A DNA stretch of 64,000 bases from Candidatus Scatomorpha merdavium (GTDB lineage Bacteria > Bacillota > Clostridia > Oscillospirales > Oscillospiraceae), in the NCBI GenBank assembly GCA_018711415.1, contig DVIJ01000004.1:6082-70081 (forward strand). Direction: 5' to 3'. Made by a program: the position numbers and the translations under genes. The notes below the pieces were generated by a model. It searched no databases. It worked only from the letters and a program-made list of their open reading frames with translations, and was not told where the DNA came from. Of the stretch, positions 35,609-44,031 are shown piece after piece; positions within the stretch are counted from its first letter, which is position 1; the number at the start of each line of letters is the position of its first letter.

Positions 35609-36073
35609 ATGAAAAGATCCTACTATATCGTCTACCCCGCCATAGCCGTCGGCGTCGGTGCGCTGGCCGGGCTCATAACCCGGCAGAGCGTGAAGGAGGT
35701 CTTTCCGCTTCTGGAGAAGCCGCCGCTCTCGCCGCCCGCGGTGGTCTTTCCCATCGTGTGGACGGCGCTGTACATCCTGATGGGCGTGGGTCTCGCCGCG
35801 GTGAAAAACGCCGGCGGTCCGGAGTCCGCCCGGGCGGAGCGGCTCTGGTGGGCGCAGCTGGCGGTGAACTTCAGCTGGACTCTGGTGTTTTTCCTGGCCG
35901 GGGCCTACCTGGCGGCGCTTTTCGTACTCATCCTGCTTTTCGGCCTGGTCGTGGCGATGACTGCGGCCTTCGGCAAGCTGAGCCCTCCCGCCGCCCGGCT
36001 CCAGGCGCCCTATCTGCTCTGGCTGGCCTTCGCCGGCTACCTCAACGCAGGCATCTGGCTCCTGAACAGATAA
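35609..36073 (+). CDS. tspO: TspO/MBR family tryptophan-rich sensory protein
   Basis: 154 aa, five TM helices. KPPLSPPAVVFPIVWTALYILMG, WAQLAVNFSWTLVFF, PYLLWLAFAGYLN. Confidence 0.9.
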   Translation: MKRSYYIVYPAIAVGVGALAGLITRQSVKEVFPLLEKPPLSPPAVVFPIVWTALYILMGVGLAAVKNAGGPESARAERLWWAQLAVNFSWTLVFFLAGAYLAALFVLILLFGLVVAMTAAFGKLSPPAARLQAPYLLWLAFAGYLNAGIWLLNR

Positions 36074-36081
36074 AAAAAGAA

Positions 36082-36112
36082 GGCCCCGCAGCACAAAACT
36101 GCGGGGCCTTTT
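36082..36112. terminator. Bidirectional terminator (tspO / tRNA-Ser)
   Basis: ggccccgcag cacaaaa ctgcggggcc (10 bp). tttt follows on the plus strand and tcttttttta on the minus strand. Confidence 0.85.
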
Positions 36113-36203
36113 GGCGGAGATGGAGAGATTCGAACTCTCGAAGGGCTTTTGACCCTTACACGATTTCCAATCGTGCGCGCTCGACCAACTACGCGACATC
36201 TCC
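36112..36203 (-). tRNA. tRNA-Ser (anticodon GGA)
   Basis: Minus strand GGAGATGTCGCGTAGTTGGTCGAGCGCGCACGATTGGAAATCGTGTAAGGGTCAAAAGCCCTTCGAGAGTTCGAATCTCTCCATCTCCGCCA. 7-bp acceptor stem, anticodon stem CACGA/TCGTG with loop TTGGAAA, long variable arm, GTTCGAATC T-loop, encoded CCA. Confidence 0.93.
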
Positions 36204-36244
36204 ACGCGCTGCCCGAACTGACCTTATCCAGTTGACGCCCACAT

Positions 36245-36273
36245 ATAATAAATGAAAAATCCGATAAAGTCAA
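36245..36273 (-). promoter_or_regulatory. tRNA-Ser promoter
   Basis: Minus strand TTGACT (36273-36268), 17 nt, TATTAT (36250-36245), about 40 nt upstream of the tRNA 5' end. Confidence 0.5.
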
Positions 36274-36280
36274 GAAAAAC

Positions 36281-36759
36281 TTACAGCCAAAGCGCTTCGA
36301 GGATGATCTCCTTCAAAATCCCGGCGTGGCGCTCCTCGTCCGCGGCGTTTTTGAGGTAGACCTCCGCGAGCGGGGAACGGTCCCCGTCGCCGGCGGCGCG
36401 CCTGTAGGCCTCGGCAGCGGCGAGCTCGTCGCGGTAGGCCCCGCGCAGCGCCCTGAGCCCGCCCCGCGGCATGGGGCAGGAGCCGGGAGGCAGGCAGGTC
36501 TCGCCCTCCAGGAGGAAGTGTTCGCCCTGCAGCGCGCGCAGGTGGCCGCGCTCCTCCGCCGCGAGCTGGCGGAGCCGGCAGGCATAGCGCGGGAAACGCC
36601 TCGCGGCCGCCTCGTAAAAGGCCGCGGCAAGGGCCTCGTCCGCAATGAAGCCGCGCAGCTCCTCCAGGCCGGACCCGCTCTGCTCCACCGCCGCCTTTCC
36701 GCAGACCCGGTCCCATACCTCGCCGAAGTCCTCCAGCGCCCTTTTCGTGTTCCCGTCCA
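36281..36759 (-). CDS. Ferritin-like/rubrerythrin-like diiron-motif protein
   Basis: 158 aa from ATG 36759 (GGAGGTG 8 nt upstream; alternative ATG 36774). Two ExxH motifs (AAEERGHL, ADEERHAG) in a four-helix-type sequence. Confidence 0.6.
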
Positions 36760-36802
36760 TACGCCGCACCTCCATGCAATTCCTGTTACATGATATGCCG
36801 CG

Positions 36803-36831
36803 CTTGAAAAGGCGTGACGGATGTGAGATAA
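36803..36831 (+). promoter_or_regulatory. rsmE promoter
   Basis: TTGAAA (36803-36808), 17 nt, GATAAT (36826-36831). Confidence 0.5.
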
Positions 36832-36863
36832 TCAGAAAAAAGTCGAGCGGGAGGTCTTTTGGG

Positions 36864-37601
36864 ATGGCGAGATTTTTCATGGCCGGGTCCAACATAGCGG
36901 GAGGCAGGGCCGTCATACGCGGGCAGGACGCCGAGCACATCCGTGTGCTGAGGCTGCGTCCGGGGGAAGACCTCGTCATCTGCGACGGGCGCGGCACCGA
37001 TTACCGCTGCAGGCTCGTGAGCTCCGGCCCCGAGGAGGCAGAGGCCGAGGTCCTGGAGGTCGTCCCCTGCCGGGGCGAACCGGGCGTGGAGGTGACTGTC
37101 TACGCCGGCCTGCCCAAGGGCGAGCGCGCGGACTTCCTCATCCAGAAATCCGTCGAGGCCGGGGCTTCCGGCGTGGTGTTCTTCAACTGCGAGCGCTGCA
37201 TAGCCAGGCCGGACGGGCGCAGCATGGAGAAAAAGCTCGAGCGCTTCTCCCGCATCGCCGAGGCCGCCGCGCAGCAGTCCGGCCGCGGGAGGATACCCAG
37301 GGTCGAGTACGAGCACAGCTACGTCGAAATGCTGGGCAGGGCCGTGAAGGCAGAGGCCAGGCTCTTCATGTACGAGACCGGCGAGGACCGCGTCCCCATG
37401 AAGTCCGCCATAGAGGCCGCGGGCGGCTTCGCCACCGCCTCCGTGGTCACGGGACCGGAGGGCGGCTTCACCGAGGCGGAGGCCAAGATGGCCAGGGTAT
37501 GCGGCATGACGCTCTGCTCCATGGGCGAGCGCATCCTCCGCTGCGAGACGGCGCCCGTCATCGCCGTCAGCGCGATAATGTACGCCACGGGCAACCTCTG
37601 A
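36864..37601 (+). CDS. rsmE: 16S rRNA (uracil1498-N3)-methyltransferase
   Basis: 245 aa from ATG 36864. MARFFMAG...HIRVLRLRPGEDLVICDG, LPKGERADFLIQKSVEAG, TGPEGGFTEAE, LGERILRCETA. Confidence 0.9.
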   Translation: MARFFMAGSNIAGGRAVIRGQDAEHIRVLRLRPGEDLVICDGRGTDYRCRLVSSGPEEAEAEVLEVVPCRGEPGVEVTVYAGLPKGERADFLIQKSVEAGASGVVFFNCERCIARPDGRSMEKKLERFSRIAEAAAQQSGRGRIPRVEYEHSYVEMLGRAVKAEARLFMYETGEDRVPMKSAIEAAGGFATASVVTGPEGGFTEAEAKMARVCGMTLCSMGERILRCETAPVIAVSAIMYATGNL

Positions 37602-37607
37602 AAAATA

Positions 37608-37641
37608 CCCGCGCCGGGAAAGCCCGGCGCGGGGTTTTTTT
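37608..37641. terminator. Bidirectional terminator (rsmE / tdk)
   Basis: cccgcgccggg aaag cccggcgcggg (11 bp). gttttttt follows on the plus strand and tattttt on the minus strand. Confidence 0.85.
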
Positions 37642-38218
37642 ATTTCTGCTGCTGCCTTATCCTGCGGCGCCAGCAGCGGTGGCACATGGCGACGTAGGCG
37701 TCGTTCCCGCCGAGGAACACCTGCTCGCCCTCGGTGACGACCCTGCCGTCCGGCGTGAGGCGCGCGTTCACGGTGGCCTTGGCCCCGCAGGCGCAGACTG
37801 TCTTTATCTCCGTTATCGAGTCCGCCAGCTCCAGGAGCCGCTTCGAGCCGGGGAACATGTGCGTCAGGAAATCGGTCCTCAGCCCGAAGCAGAGGACGGG
37901 GACGTCCAGCTCGTCCACGATGTCGCGCAGCTCGTCGATCTGCTCGGGCGTGAAGAACTGGGCCTCGTCCGCTATGATGACGTCTCTCCCGCCCGTGGCG
38001 GAATAGAGCTCGCGTATGCTGTCCGTAGGCGAGACGACCTCCGCCTCCCGCATCAGGCCGACGCGGCTCTTCACGATGTTGGCGCCGTCCCGGTCGTCGA
38101 TGCTGGGCTTTATGAGCCAGACCGTCATGCCCAGCTCCTCATAGTTGAACTGGGTGATGAGCGCCTGGGCGGACTTGGAGCTGCCCATGGCCCCGTATTT
38201 GAAATAGAGCTTAGCCAT
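37640..38218 (-). CDS. tdk: Thymidine kinase
   Basis: 192 aa. P-loop YGAMGSSKS. C-terminal Zn ribbon VCACGAKA...MCHRCW. Confidence 0.95.
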   Translation of the reverse strand: MAKLYFKYGAMGSSKSAQALITQFNYEELGMTVWLIKPSIDDRDGANIVKSRVGLMREAEVVSPTDSIRELYSATGGRDVIIADEAQFFTPEQIDELRDIVDELDVPVLCFGLRTDFLTHMFPGSKRLLELADSITEIKTVCACGAKATVNARLTPDGRVVTEGEQVFLGGNDAYVAMCHRCWRRRIRQQQK

Positions 38219-38843
38219 TTGCGTTCACCTCGCTCACATGTGCTCGAATACGCTCCGTCAGCATATCCATGGCCACGAGGTTGTGGCCGCCCTCGGGGAC
38301 GATTATGTCCGCGTTGCGCTTGGAGGGCTCAACGTACATCTCATGCATGGGCTTGACCGTGGTGAGGTACTGGTCCACGACGGATTCGAGGCTGCGGCCC
38401 CTGTCGCGCACGTCGCGGACTATTCGGCGGAGGATACGCTCGTCGGCGTCCGTATCGACGAAGATCTTGATGTCCAGCAGCTCGCAGAGCCGCGGGTCCT
38501 GCAGGATGAGTATGCCCTCCACCAGGACGACGGGCGAGGGCTTCACGAGGACGGTCTTGTCCGAGCGGTTGTGGACGGTGTAGTCGTAGACGGGACAGCG
38601 GATCGCCTGGCCTGCGCGCAGGCGCTTGAGGTCCCGGATCATGAGCTCGGTGTCGAAGGCGTCCGGGCAGTCGTAGTTGAGCAGCGCGCGCTGCTCGTAG
38701 CTGAGCTCGTCGTGGGCTTTATAGTAGTTGTCGTGGTAGATGACGCTGACGTTGTTTGCAAATCTCTGGACCAGCCTGCGCGTTATCGTGGTCTTGCCGC
38801 TGCCGGTGCCTCCCGCTATGCCTATGGTCATGACGCTGCCCAT
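38211..38843 (-). CDS. udk: Uridine kinase
   Basis: 210 aa. GIAGGTGSGKTT, YHDNYYK, VLVEGILIL, RRIVRDVRDRGR. 8-nt overlap with tdk. Confidence 0.95.
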   Translation of the reverse strand: MGSVMTIGIAGGTGSGKTTITRRLVQRFANNVSVIYHDNYYKAHDELSYEQRALLNYDCPDAFDTELMIRDLKRLRAGQAIRCPVYDYTVHNRSDKTVLVKPSPVVLVEGILILQDPRLCELLDIKIFVDTDADERILRRIVRDVRDRGRSLESVVDQYLTTVKPMHEMYVEPSKRNADIIVPEGGHNLVAMDMLTERIRAHVSEVNANG

Positions 38844-38870
38844 TCCAGCACTCCCCCTTTATCCGACACG

Positions 38871-38899
38871 ATTTTACCACAGCCCGCCGCCATATGCAA
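38871..38899 (-). promoter_or_regulatory. udk-tdk promoter
   Basis: Minus strand TTGCAT (38899-38894), 17 nt, TGgTAAAAT (-10 at 38876-38871). Confidence 0.55.
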
Positions 38900-38900
38900 T

Positions 38901-38929
38901 TTGACTTTTGGGGGTGCGGAGGATATAAT
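38901..38929 (+). promoter_or_regulatory. deoD promoter
   Basis: TTGACT (38901-38906), 17 nt, TATAAT (38924-38929). Its -35 lies 1 nt from the -35 of the divergent udk promoter. Confidence 0.6.
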
Positions 38930-38963
38930 TTTCACACATTTAACTTTAATGGAGGTAAAAGCC

Positions 38964-39680
38964 ATGCCCACACCGCACAACAGCGCCGTGAAAGGCGACT
39001 TTGCAAAAACCGTCCTCATGCCCGGAGACCCGCTCCGGTCCAAGTACATAGCCGAAAACTTCCTCACTGAGCCGAAGCTCGTGAACAACGTGCGCGGCGT
39101 CCAGGGCTACACGGGGCTCTGGAAGGGCGCGCGTGTCTCCGTCCAGGCCAGCGGCATGGGCATCCCGTCCATCGGGATCTACAGCTGGGAGCTCTTCACG
39201 GAATATGGTGTCGAGAACATCATCAGGATAGGCTCGGCGGGCGGTCTGGCGGACGAGCTGCAGCTCATGGACATCGTGGCGGCGGTCGGGGCCTGCACGG
39301 ACTCGAACTTCGCCCACCAGTTCGGGATAAACGGCACTTTCGCGCCGACGGCGGACTGGACGCTGCTGTCCACGGCCATGCGCCTGGCGGGCGAGTCCGG
39401 GCTGCATATAAAGGCGGGCAACGTCCTGTCGGCGGACAACTTCTATAATGACGGCTCGGACGGGCCGGACCAGTGGAAGAAGATGGGTGTCCTCGCCGTA
39501 GAGATGGAGGCCGCCGGCCTCTACATGACCGCCGCGCGCACCGGCGGACACGCGCTCTGCCTCTGCACGATATCGGACCACCTATACAAGCCGGAGCTGC
39601 TCACGCCCGAGGAGCGCCAGACCGGCTTCAACGAGATGATCACCCTTGCGCTCGACACCGCGGCTGAGATGGCTGATTGA
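38964..39680 (+). CDS. deoD: Purine nucleoside phosphorylase (DeoD type)
   Basis: 238 aa from ATG 38964 (GGAGGTAAAAGCC upstream). TPHNSAVKGDFAKTVLMPGDPLRSKYIAENFL, RIGSAGG, AVEMEAAGLY. Confidence 0.93.
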   Translation: MPTPHNSAVKGDFAKTVLMPGDPLRSKYIAENFLTEPKLVNNVRGVQGYTGLWKGARVSVQASGMGIPSIGIYSWELFTEYGVENIIRIGSAGGLADELQLMDIVAAVGACTDSNFAHQFGINGTFAPTADWTLLSTAMRLAGESGLHIKAGNVLSADNFYNDGSDGPDQWKKMGVLAVEMEAAGLYMTAARTGGHALCLCTISDHLYKPELLTPEERQTGFNEMITLALDTAAEMAD

Positions 39681-39716
39681 CATAATAAATTTACAGATCG
39701 GATACGGGCAATTTAC

Positions 39717-39745
39717 TTGAATGATACATTGCAAGGTGATATAAT
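39717..39745 (+). promoter_or_regulatory. Promoter of the BMP-lipoprotein/ABC importer operon
   Basis: TTGAAT (39717-39722), 17 nt, TATAAT (39740-39745). Confidence 0.55.
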
Positions 39746-39810
39746 CTTAAGGCACAGTTGTGTGCATGGAAGATCCGAATTCAAAAATGAAACGGAGGAT
39801 ACATACAGAA

Positions 39811-41076
39811 ATGAAGAAGTTTCTTGCACTGCTTCTGGCCCTGGTGATGGTCTTCGCGCTGGCGGCCTGCGGCACTCCCGCCGCCGACCCGACTGACACG
39901 CCGGATGACAACACCGTGACTGACACTCCGGACGACACCCCGGACGACACCCCGGACGATACCCCGGATGACACTCCGGACGACACCACTACCATTACCG
40001 ACCCCAACGAGATCCCGAACGACGCAGAGTCTGCGGACGGCACCTACGAGGTCGCCTTCGTCACCGACGTCGGCCAGCTCCAGGACGGCTCCTTCAACGA
40101 GGGCACCTGGAACGGCGTCAAGCTGTACGCTGCGAACAACGGCCTGACCTACAAGTACTATCAGCCCGCCAACGGCAACGAGGCCACCGATGATGACCGC
40201 GTGAACGCCATGCAGGCTGCTGTCGACGCGGGCGCGAAGGTCGTCGTCTGCGCCGGCTTCCTGCAGGAGGCCGCTCTCCGCACCGCCGCCATCAACAATC
40301 CCGACGTCAACTTCGTGTTCATCGACGGCTACCCGCTGGACGATGATCCCGATCCCAATGTGATGGGCAACATCCTGCCCAACGTTGCGGGCATCAACTT
40401 CCAGGAAGAGCAGTGCGGCTATCTGGCCGGCTACGCCATCGTGAAGGAAGGCTTCACGAAGATCGGCTTCTCCGGCGGCGGCGGCGGCACCAACCCGGCC
40501 TGCTGCCGTTACGGCTACGGCTATCTGCAGGGCGCGAGCGCGGCGGCTGTTGAGATGGGCGTGAACGTCGACGTCATGTACTCCTGGCAGTACGGCGGCA
40601 CCTTCTCCGCTTCTCCGGAGCTGCAGACCATGATCAACGGCTGGTATGTGAACGGCACTGAGGTCGTGTTCGCCTGCGGCGGCTCGATGTTCAGCTCCAT
40701 CGTTGCGGCTGCCGGCGCGAACGACGGCATCGTCATCGGTGTTGACGTTGACCAGAGCCCGCTGAGCGACACTGTCATTACCTCTGCCCTGAAGGGCATC
40801 TCCCAGGCCGCCCAGGTCGCCCTGGCGCACCACTATGACGGCACCTGGACCGAGATCGGCGGCGTACAGACGACCCTCGGCGCGAACGACGACGCCGTCG
40901 GCCTGCCGACTGCCACCTGGTCCATGGAGAACTACACTGTTGAGGAGTACGAGGCCCAGCTCGCCGCCATGAAGGACGGCAGCCTGGTCGTCGATCCTCA
41001 CTACCCCGGCGAGGCCGAGGGCATGGACGCCACCGCCACGCTCGAGCTGCCGAACCTGAACATCACCGTGGTGTGA
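39811..41076 (+). CDS. BMP-family (PnrA/Med/NupN-like) ABC substrate-binding lipoprotein, probable nucleoside binding
   Basis: 421 aa from ATG 39811. Lipobox VFALAACG. TPDD-repeat linker, then VAFVTDVGQLQDGSFNEGTWNG, FIDG, GVDVDQS blocks of the BMP family. Confidence 0.85.
   Translation: MKKFLALLLALVMVFALAACGTPAADPTDTPDDNTVTDTPDDTPDDTPDDTPDDTPDDTTTITDPNEIPNDAESADGTYEVAFVTDVGQLQDGSFNEGTWNGVKLYAANNGLTYKYYQPANGNEATDDDRVNAMQAAVDAGAKVVVCAGFLQEAALRTAAINNPDVNFVFIDGYPLDDDPDPNVMGNILPNVAGINFQEEQCGYLAGYAIVKEGFTKIGFSGGGGGTNPACCRYGYGYLQGASAAAVEMGVNVDVMYSWQYGGTFSASPELQTMINGWYVNGTEVVFACGGSMFSSIVAAAGANDGIVIGVDVDQSPLSDTVITSALKGISQAAQVALAHHYDGTWTEIGGVQTTLGANDDAVGLPTATWSMENYTVEEYEAQLAAMKDGSLVVDPHYPGEAEGMDATATLELPNLNITVV
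39895..39990 (+). repeat. In-frame 12-nt tandem repeat (ac[a/c]cc[g/t]ga[c/t]ga[c/t]) encoding (TPDD)x5 linker
   Basis: gacactccggac gacaccccggac gacaccccggac gataccccggat gacactccggac. Protein reads TDTPDDNTVTDTPDDTPDDTPDDTPDDTPDDTT. Confidence 0.85.
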
Positions 41077-41095
41077 TAAACAAGCCGAAACCTTG

Positions 41096-41129
41096 AAGAG
41101 AGGGCCCGGATGGGCCTTCTCTTTTTTTG
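41096..41129 (+). terminator. Terminator/attenuator after the binding-protein gene
   Basis: aagagagggccc ggat gggccttctctt (12 bp, one GU), with the T-run continuing as ttttttt. Confidence 0.75.
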
Positions 41130-41160
41130 TGCGGGGATGGGGTGAATCTGGATAATTTCC

Positions 41161-41189
41161 TTGTTTTTTGACGGGATGTAAATTATAAT
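41161..41189 (+). promoter_or_regulatory. Possible internal promoter for the ABC ATPase/permease genes
   Basis: TTGTTT (41161-41166), 17 nt, TATAAT (41184-41189). Weak -35. Confidence 0.35.
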
Positions 41190-41221
41190 AAGGTGAAGTA
41201 TGTTAAAAAGGGGGCGGGGCG

Positions 41222-42769
41222 GTGGCAGCGCAGCCGGAATACATAATAGAAATGCTCGGCATCACAAAGAGGTTCCCGGGCATCGTGGCCAACGACAATA
41301 TCACGCTTCAGCTCAGGCGCGGCGAGATACACGCGCTTCTGGGCGAGAACGGCGCCGGCAAGAGCACGCTGATGAGCGTCCTCTTCGGCATGTACCAGCC
41401 GGAGGAGGGCATCATCAAGAAGAACGGCGAGGCCGTGAAGATCAACGACCCGAACGACGCGACGGCTCTGGGCATAGGCATGGTGCACCAGCACTTCAAG
41501 CTCATCGAGGTCTTCACGGTGCTGGACAACATCATCCTCGGCGCGGAGACTACGAAGCTCGGCTTCCTGCAGAAGAGGGAGGCGCGCAAAAAGGTTGAGG
41601 CGCTCTCTGAGAAGTACGGCCTCAAGGTGGACCTCGACGCGAAGGTGGAGGACATCACAGTCGGCATGCAGCAGCGCGTCGAGATACTCAAGATGCTGTA
41701 CAGGGACAATGAGATACTGATCTTCGACGAGCCAACGGCAGTGCTGACGCCGCAGGAGATAGAGGAGCTCATGCACACGATGCGCGGCTTTGCCAAAGAG
41801 GGCAAGAGCATCCTGTTCATCTCGCACAAGCTCAACGAGATAATGGAGGTCTCTGACCGCGTCACGGTACTGCGCAAGGGCAAGTGTATCGGCACGGTGA
41901 ACACCTGCGACACGAACAAGCAGGAGCTCTCGAACATGATGGTGGGCCGTCCCGTCCAGCTGGAGATACAGAAGGACGAGGCAAAGCCGAAGGACACGGT
42001 GCTGAAGGTCGAGGACCTGCACGTCCGGTCGAGGATACACAACAAGGACGCCGTGAAGGGCGTGAGCTTTGAGGTGCGCGAGGGCGAGATAGTCTGCATC
42101 GCGGGCATAGACGGCAACGGCCAGACGGAGCTGGTGTACGGGCTGACGGGGCTGGAGAAGATAGAGTCCGGCAAGGTCACGCTCTGCGGGCGGGACATTT
42201 CGCACAGCAGCATCGCGGCGCGCGGCGAGTGCATGAGCCACATACCAGAGGACAGGCACAAGCACGGGCTGGTCCTGGATTTCACGCTGGAGCAGAACAT
42301 GGTGCTGCAGCGCTTTCAGGAAAAGCAGTTCCAGCACGCCGGCTTCATAGACACGGGCAGCGTGCGCAAATACGCCGAGCAGCTCATCGAGAAGTTCGAC
42401 GTCCGCTCCGGGCAGGGGCCGGTGACGCGCGCGCGGAGCATGTCCGGCGGCAACCAGCAGAAGGCGATAATCGCGCGTGAGCTGGACCGGGATAAGCCGC
42501 TGGTCGTGGCTGTGCAGCCGACGCGCGGCCTGGACGTGGGCGCCATAGAGTATATACACGGCCAGCTTGTGGCGGCGCGGGACGCGGGCAAGGCGATACT
42601 GCTCGTGAGCCTGGAGCTGGATGAGGTTATGAGCCTTTCGGACAGGATACTGGTGATGTACGAGGGCGAGATCGTGGGCGAGCTCGACCCGAAGAAGACC
42701 ACCGTGCAGGAGCTCGGCCTCTACATGGCCGGGGCGAAGCGCAAAGGCGGAAAGGGGGAGACGGCATGA
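41222..42769 (+). CDS. ABC transporter ATP-binding protein, duplicated ATPase (nucleoside/sugar CUT2 type)
   Basis: 515 aa. GTG 41222 lies 7 nt after AAGGGGG. Walker A GENGAGKST and GIDGNGQTE. Signature MSGGNQQK. Walker B ILIFDEP and PLVVAVQPTRGLD. Confidence 0.9.
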   Translation: MAAQPEYIIEMLGITKRFPGIVANDNITLQLRRGEIHALLGENGAGKSTLMSVLFGMYQPEEGIIKKNGEAVKINDPNDATALGIGMVHQHFKLIEVFTVLDNIILGAETTKLGFLQKREARKKVEALSEKYGLKVDLDAKVEDITVGMQQRVEILKMLYRDNEILIFDEPTAVLTPQEIEELMHTMRGFAKEGKSILFISHKLNEIMEVSDRVTVLRKGKCIGTVNTCDTNKQELSNMMVGRPVQLEIQKDEAKPKDTVLKVEDLHVRSRIHNKDAVKGVSFEVREGEIVCIAGIDGNGQTELVYGLTGLEKIESGKVTLCGRDISHSSIAARGECMSHIPEDRHKHGLVLDFTLEQNMVLQRFQEKQFQHAGFIDTGSVRKYAEQLIEKFDVRSGQGPVTRARSMSGGNQQKAIIARELDRDKPLVVAVQPTRGLDVGAIEYIHGQLVAARDAGKAILLVSLELDEVMSLSDRILVMYEGEIVGELDPKKTTVQELGLYMAGAKRKGGKGETA

Positions 42770-44031
42770 GGGAGCGACTGGACAGCTTCTGGTATAAGGC
42801 CGGCACGCGCACAGTGCTGGCCAGCCTGGCCTCCATCGTGATCGGCCTTCTGGTGGGCTGCATCGTCATCCTGGTAGTGGGCTATACGAGCGACAACCTC
42901 TCGGCAAAAAGCGCCTGGGAGGGCGTGCGCATAGTCCTGGGCAGCATCTTTTCAACGGGCAGGAGCGAAGGCGCCCTGACCTTCGGCTTCAATCCTGTGA
43001 GCACGGGCAACATGCTGTTCAGGGCGACGCCGCTTATAATGACGGGCCTTTCGGTGGCGGTGGCGTTCAAGACGGGCCTCTTCAATATCGGCGCGCCCGG
43101 CCAGTACCTCATGGGCACGATGGCGAGCCTGATGATAGCGCTGTCGATACCGAGCGAGACGGTCCCGCCGACCATCATCTGGATAATCGCTTTTCTGGGC
43201 GGCATGGCGGCAGGCGCCCTGTGGGGCTGCATACCGGGCCTGGTCAAGGCGTATCTCAATATCAACGAAGTGCTCGCAAGCATCATGACGAACTGGATAG
43301 CCGCAAACCTGGTCACCTGGTGCTTTGAGGTGAGCAATTTTAAGAACGTCGTCGAGAATACCAAGACCAACTATATCTACAAGACGACATTCAACGACGT
43401 GGCCACGGCAAAGCTGGGCCTGGACAAGCTCTTCCCGGGCAGCCAGGTGAACGGCGGCATAATCGTGGCGATACTTATCGCCATACTGATGTACGTCGTA
43501 ATCAACAAGACGACGCTGGGCTATGAGCTGAAGGCCTGCGGCAGCAACAGGCATGCGGCGAGGTATGCGGGCATCAAGGACAAGCGGAACATCGTGCTGT
43601 CGATGGCGATAGCCGGTGCGCTGGCCGGCGGCGGCGCTGCGCTGTACTATCTGTCGGGGAACACGGAATTCTATTGGCAGACCTATCAGTCCCTGCCGGC
43701 GACGGGCTTCAACGGCATACCCGTGGCGCTGCTGGCGGCGAACAACCCGGTAGGCGTCGTGTTCACGGGCATCTTCATGTCGATGCTGGACATTGCGGGC
43801 CAGCAGCTTACGAGCCTGACGCCGTATAACGAGTATCTGACCGACGTCATCATAGCGGTCATCGTGTACCTGAGCGCATTCTCGCTGGTCATAAAGATGC
43901 TGATCACCGGCAAGAAAACGCGCAAGGCAATGGAGGCCATCCCGAAGCTCGGCTACGAGCCGCAGCCGAAGAAGGAGGAGCCGCAGCCGGCGGCAGCCGC
44001 AGAGACTGAGAAGGGAGGCGATGGGCAATGA
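42766..44031 (+). CDS. ABC transporter permease (BMP/nucleoside system)
   Basis: 421 aa, multi-TM. 4-nt overlaps on both sides. FNIGAPGQYLMG block. Confidence 0.85.
   Translation: MRERLDSFWYKAGTRTVLASLASIVIGLLVGCIVILVVGYTSDNLSAKSAWEGVRIVLGSIFSTGRSEGALTFGFNPVSTGNMLFRATPLIMTGLSVAVAFKTGLFNIGAPGQYLMGTMASLMIALSIPSETVPPTIIWIIAFLGGMAAGALWGCIPGLVKAYLNINEVLASIMTNWIAANLVTWCFEVSNFKNVVENTKTNYIYKTTFNDVATAKLGLDKLFPGSQVNGGIIVAILIAILMYVVINKTTLGYELKACGSNRHAARYAGIKDKRNIVLSMAIAGALAGGGAALYYLSGNTEFYWQTYQSLPATGFNGIPVALLAANNPVGVVFTGIFMSMLDIAGQQLTSLTPYNEYLTDVIIAVIVYLSAFSLVIKMLITGKKTRKAMEAIPKLGYEPQPKKEEPQPAAAAETEKGGDGQ

Noticed and set aside
35480-36205. 241-aa minus-strand ORF overlapping tspO and the tRNA
   Set aside because: It runs antisense through tspO, through a terminator and across the tRNA-Ser gene. 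Its composition is junk-like.
36082-36280. tRNA-Ser as a possible integration site for a mobile element
   Set aside because: No integrase, excisionase or phage gene flanks it, and no direct repeat of the tRNA 3' end is visible nearby. The neighbours (tspO, a ferritin-like gene) are ordinary chromosomal genes.
39895-39990. Tandem 12-nt repeats considered as a CRISPR or non-coding VNTR
   Set aside because: The units are contiguous with no spacers. They are in frame inside a lipoprotein gene and encode a TPDD linker.
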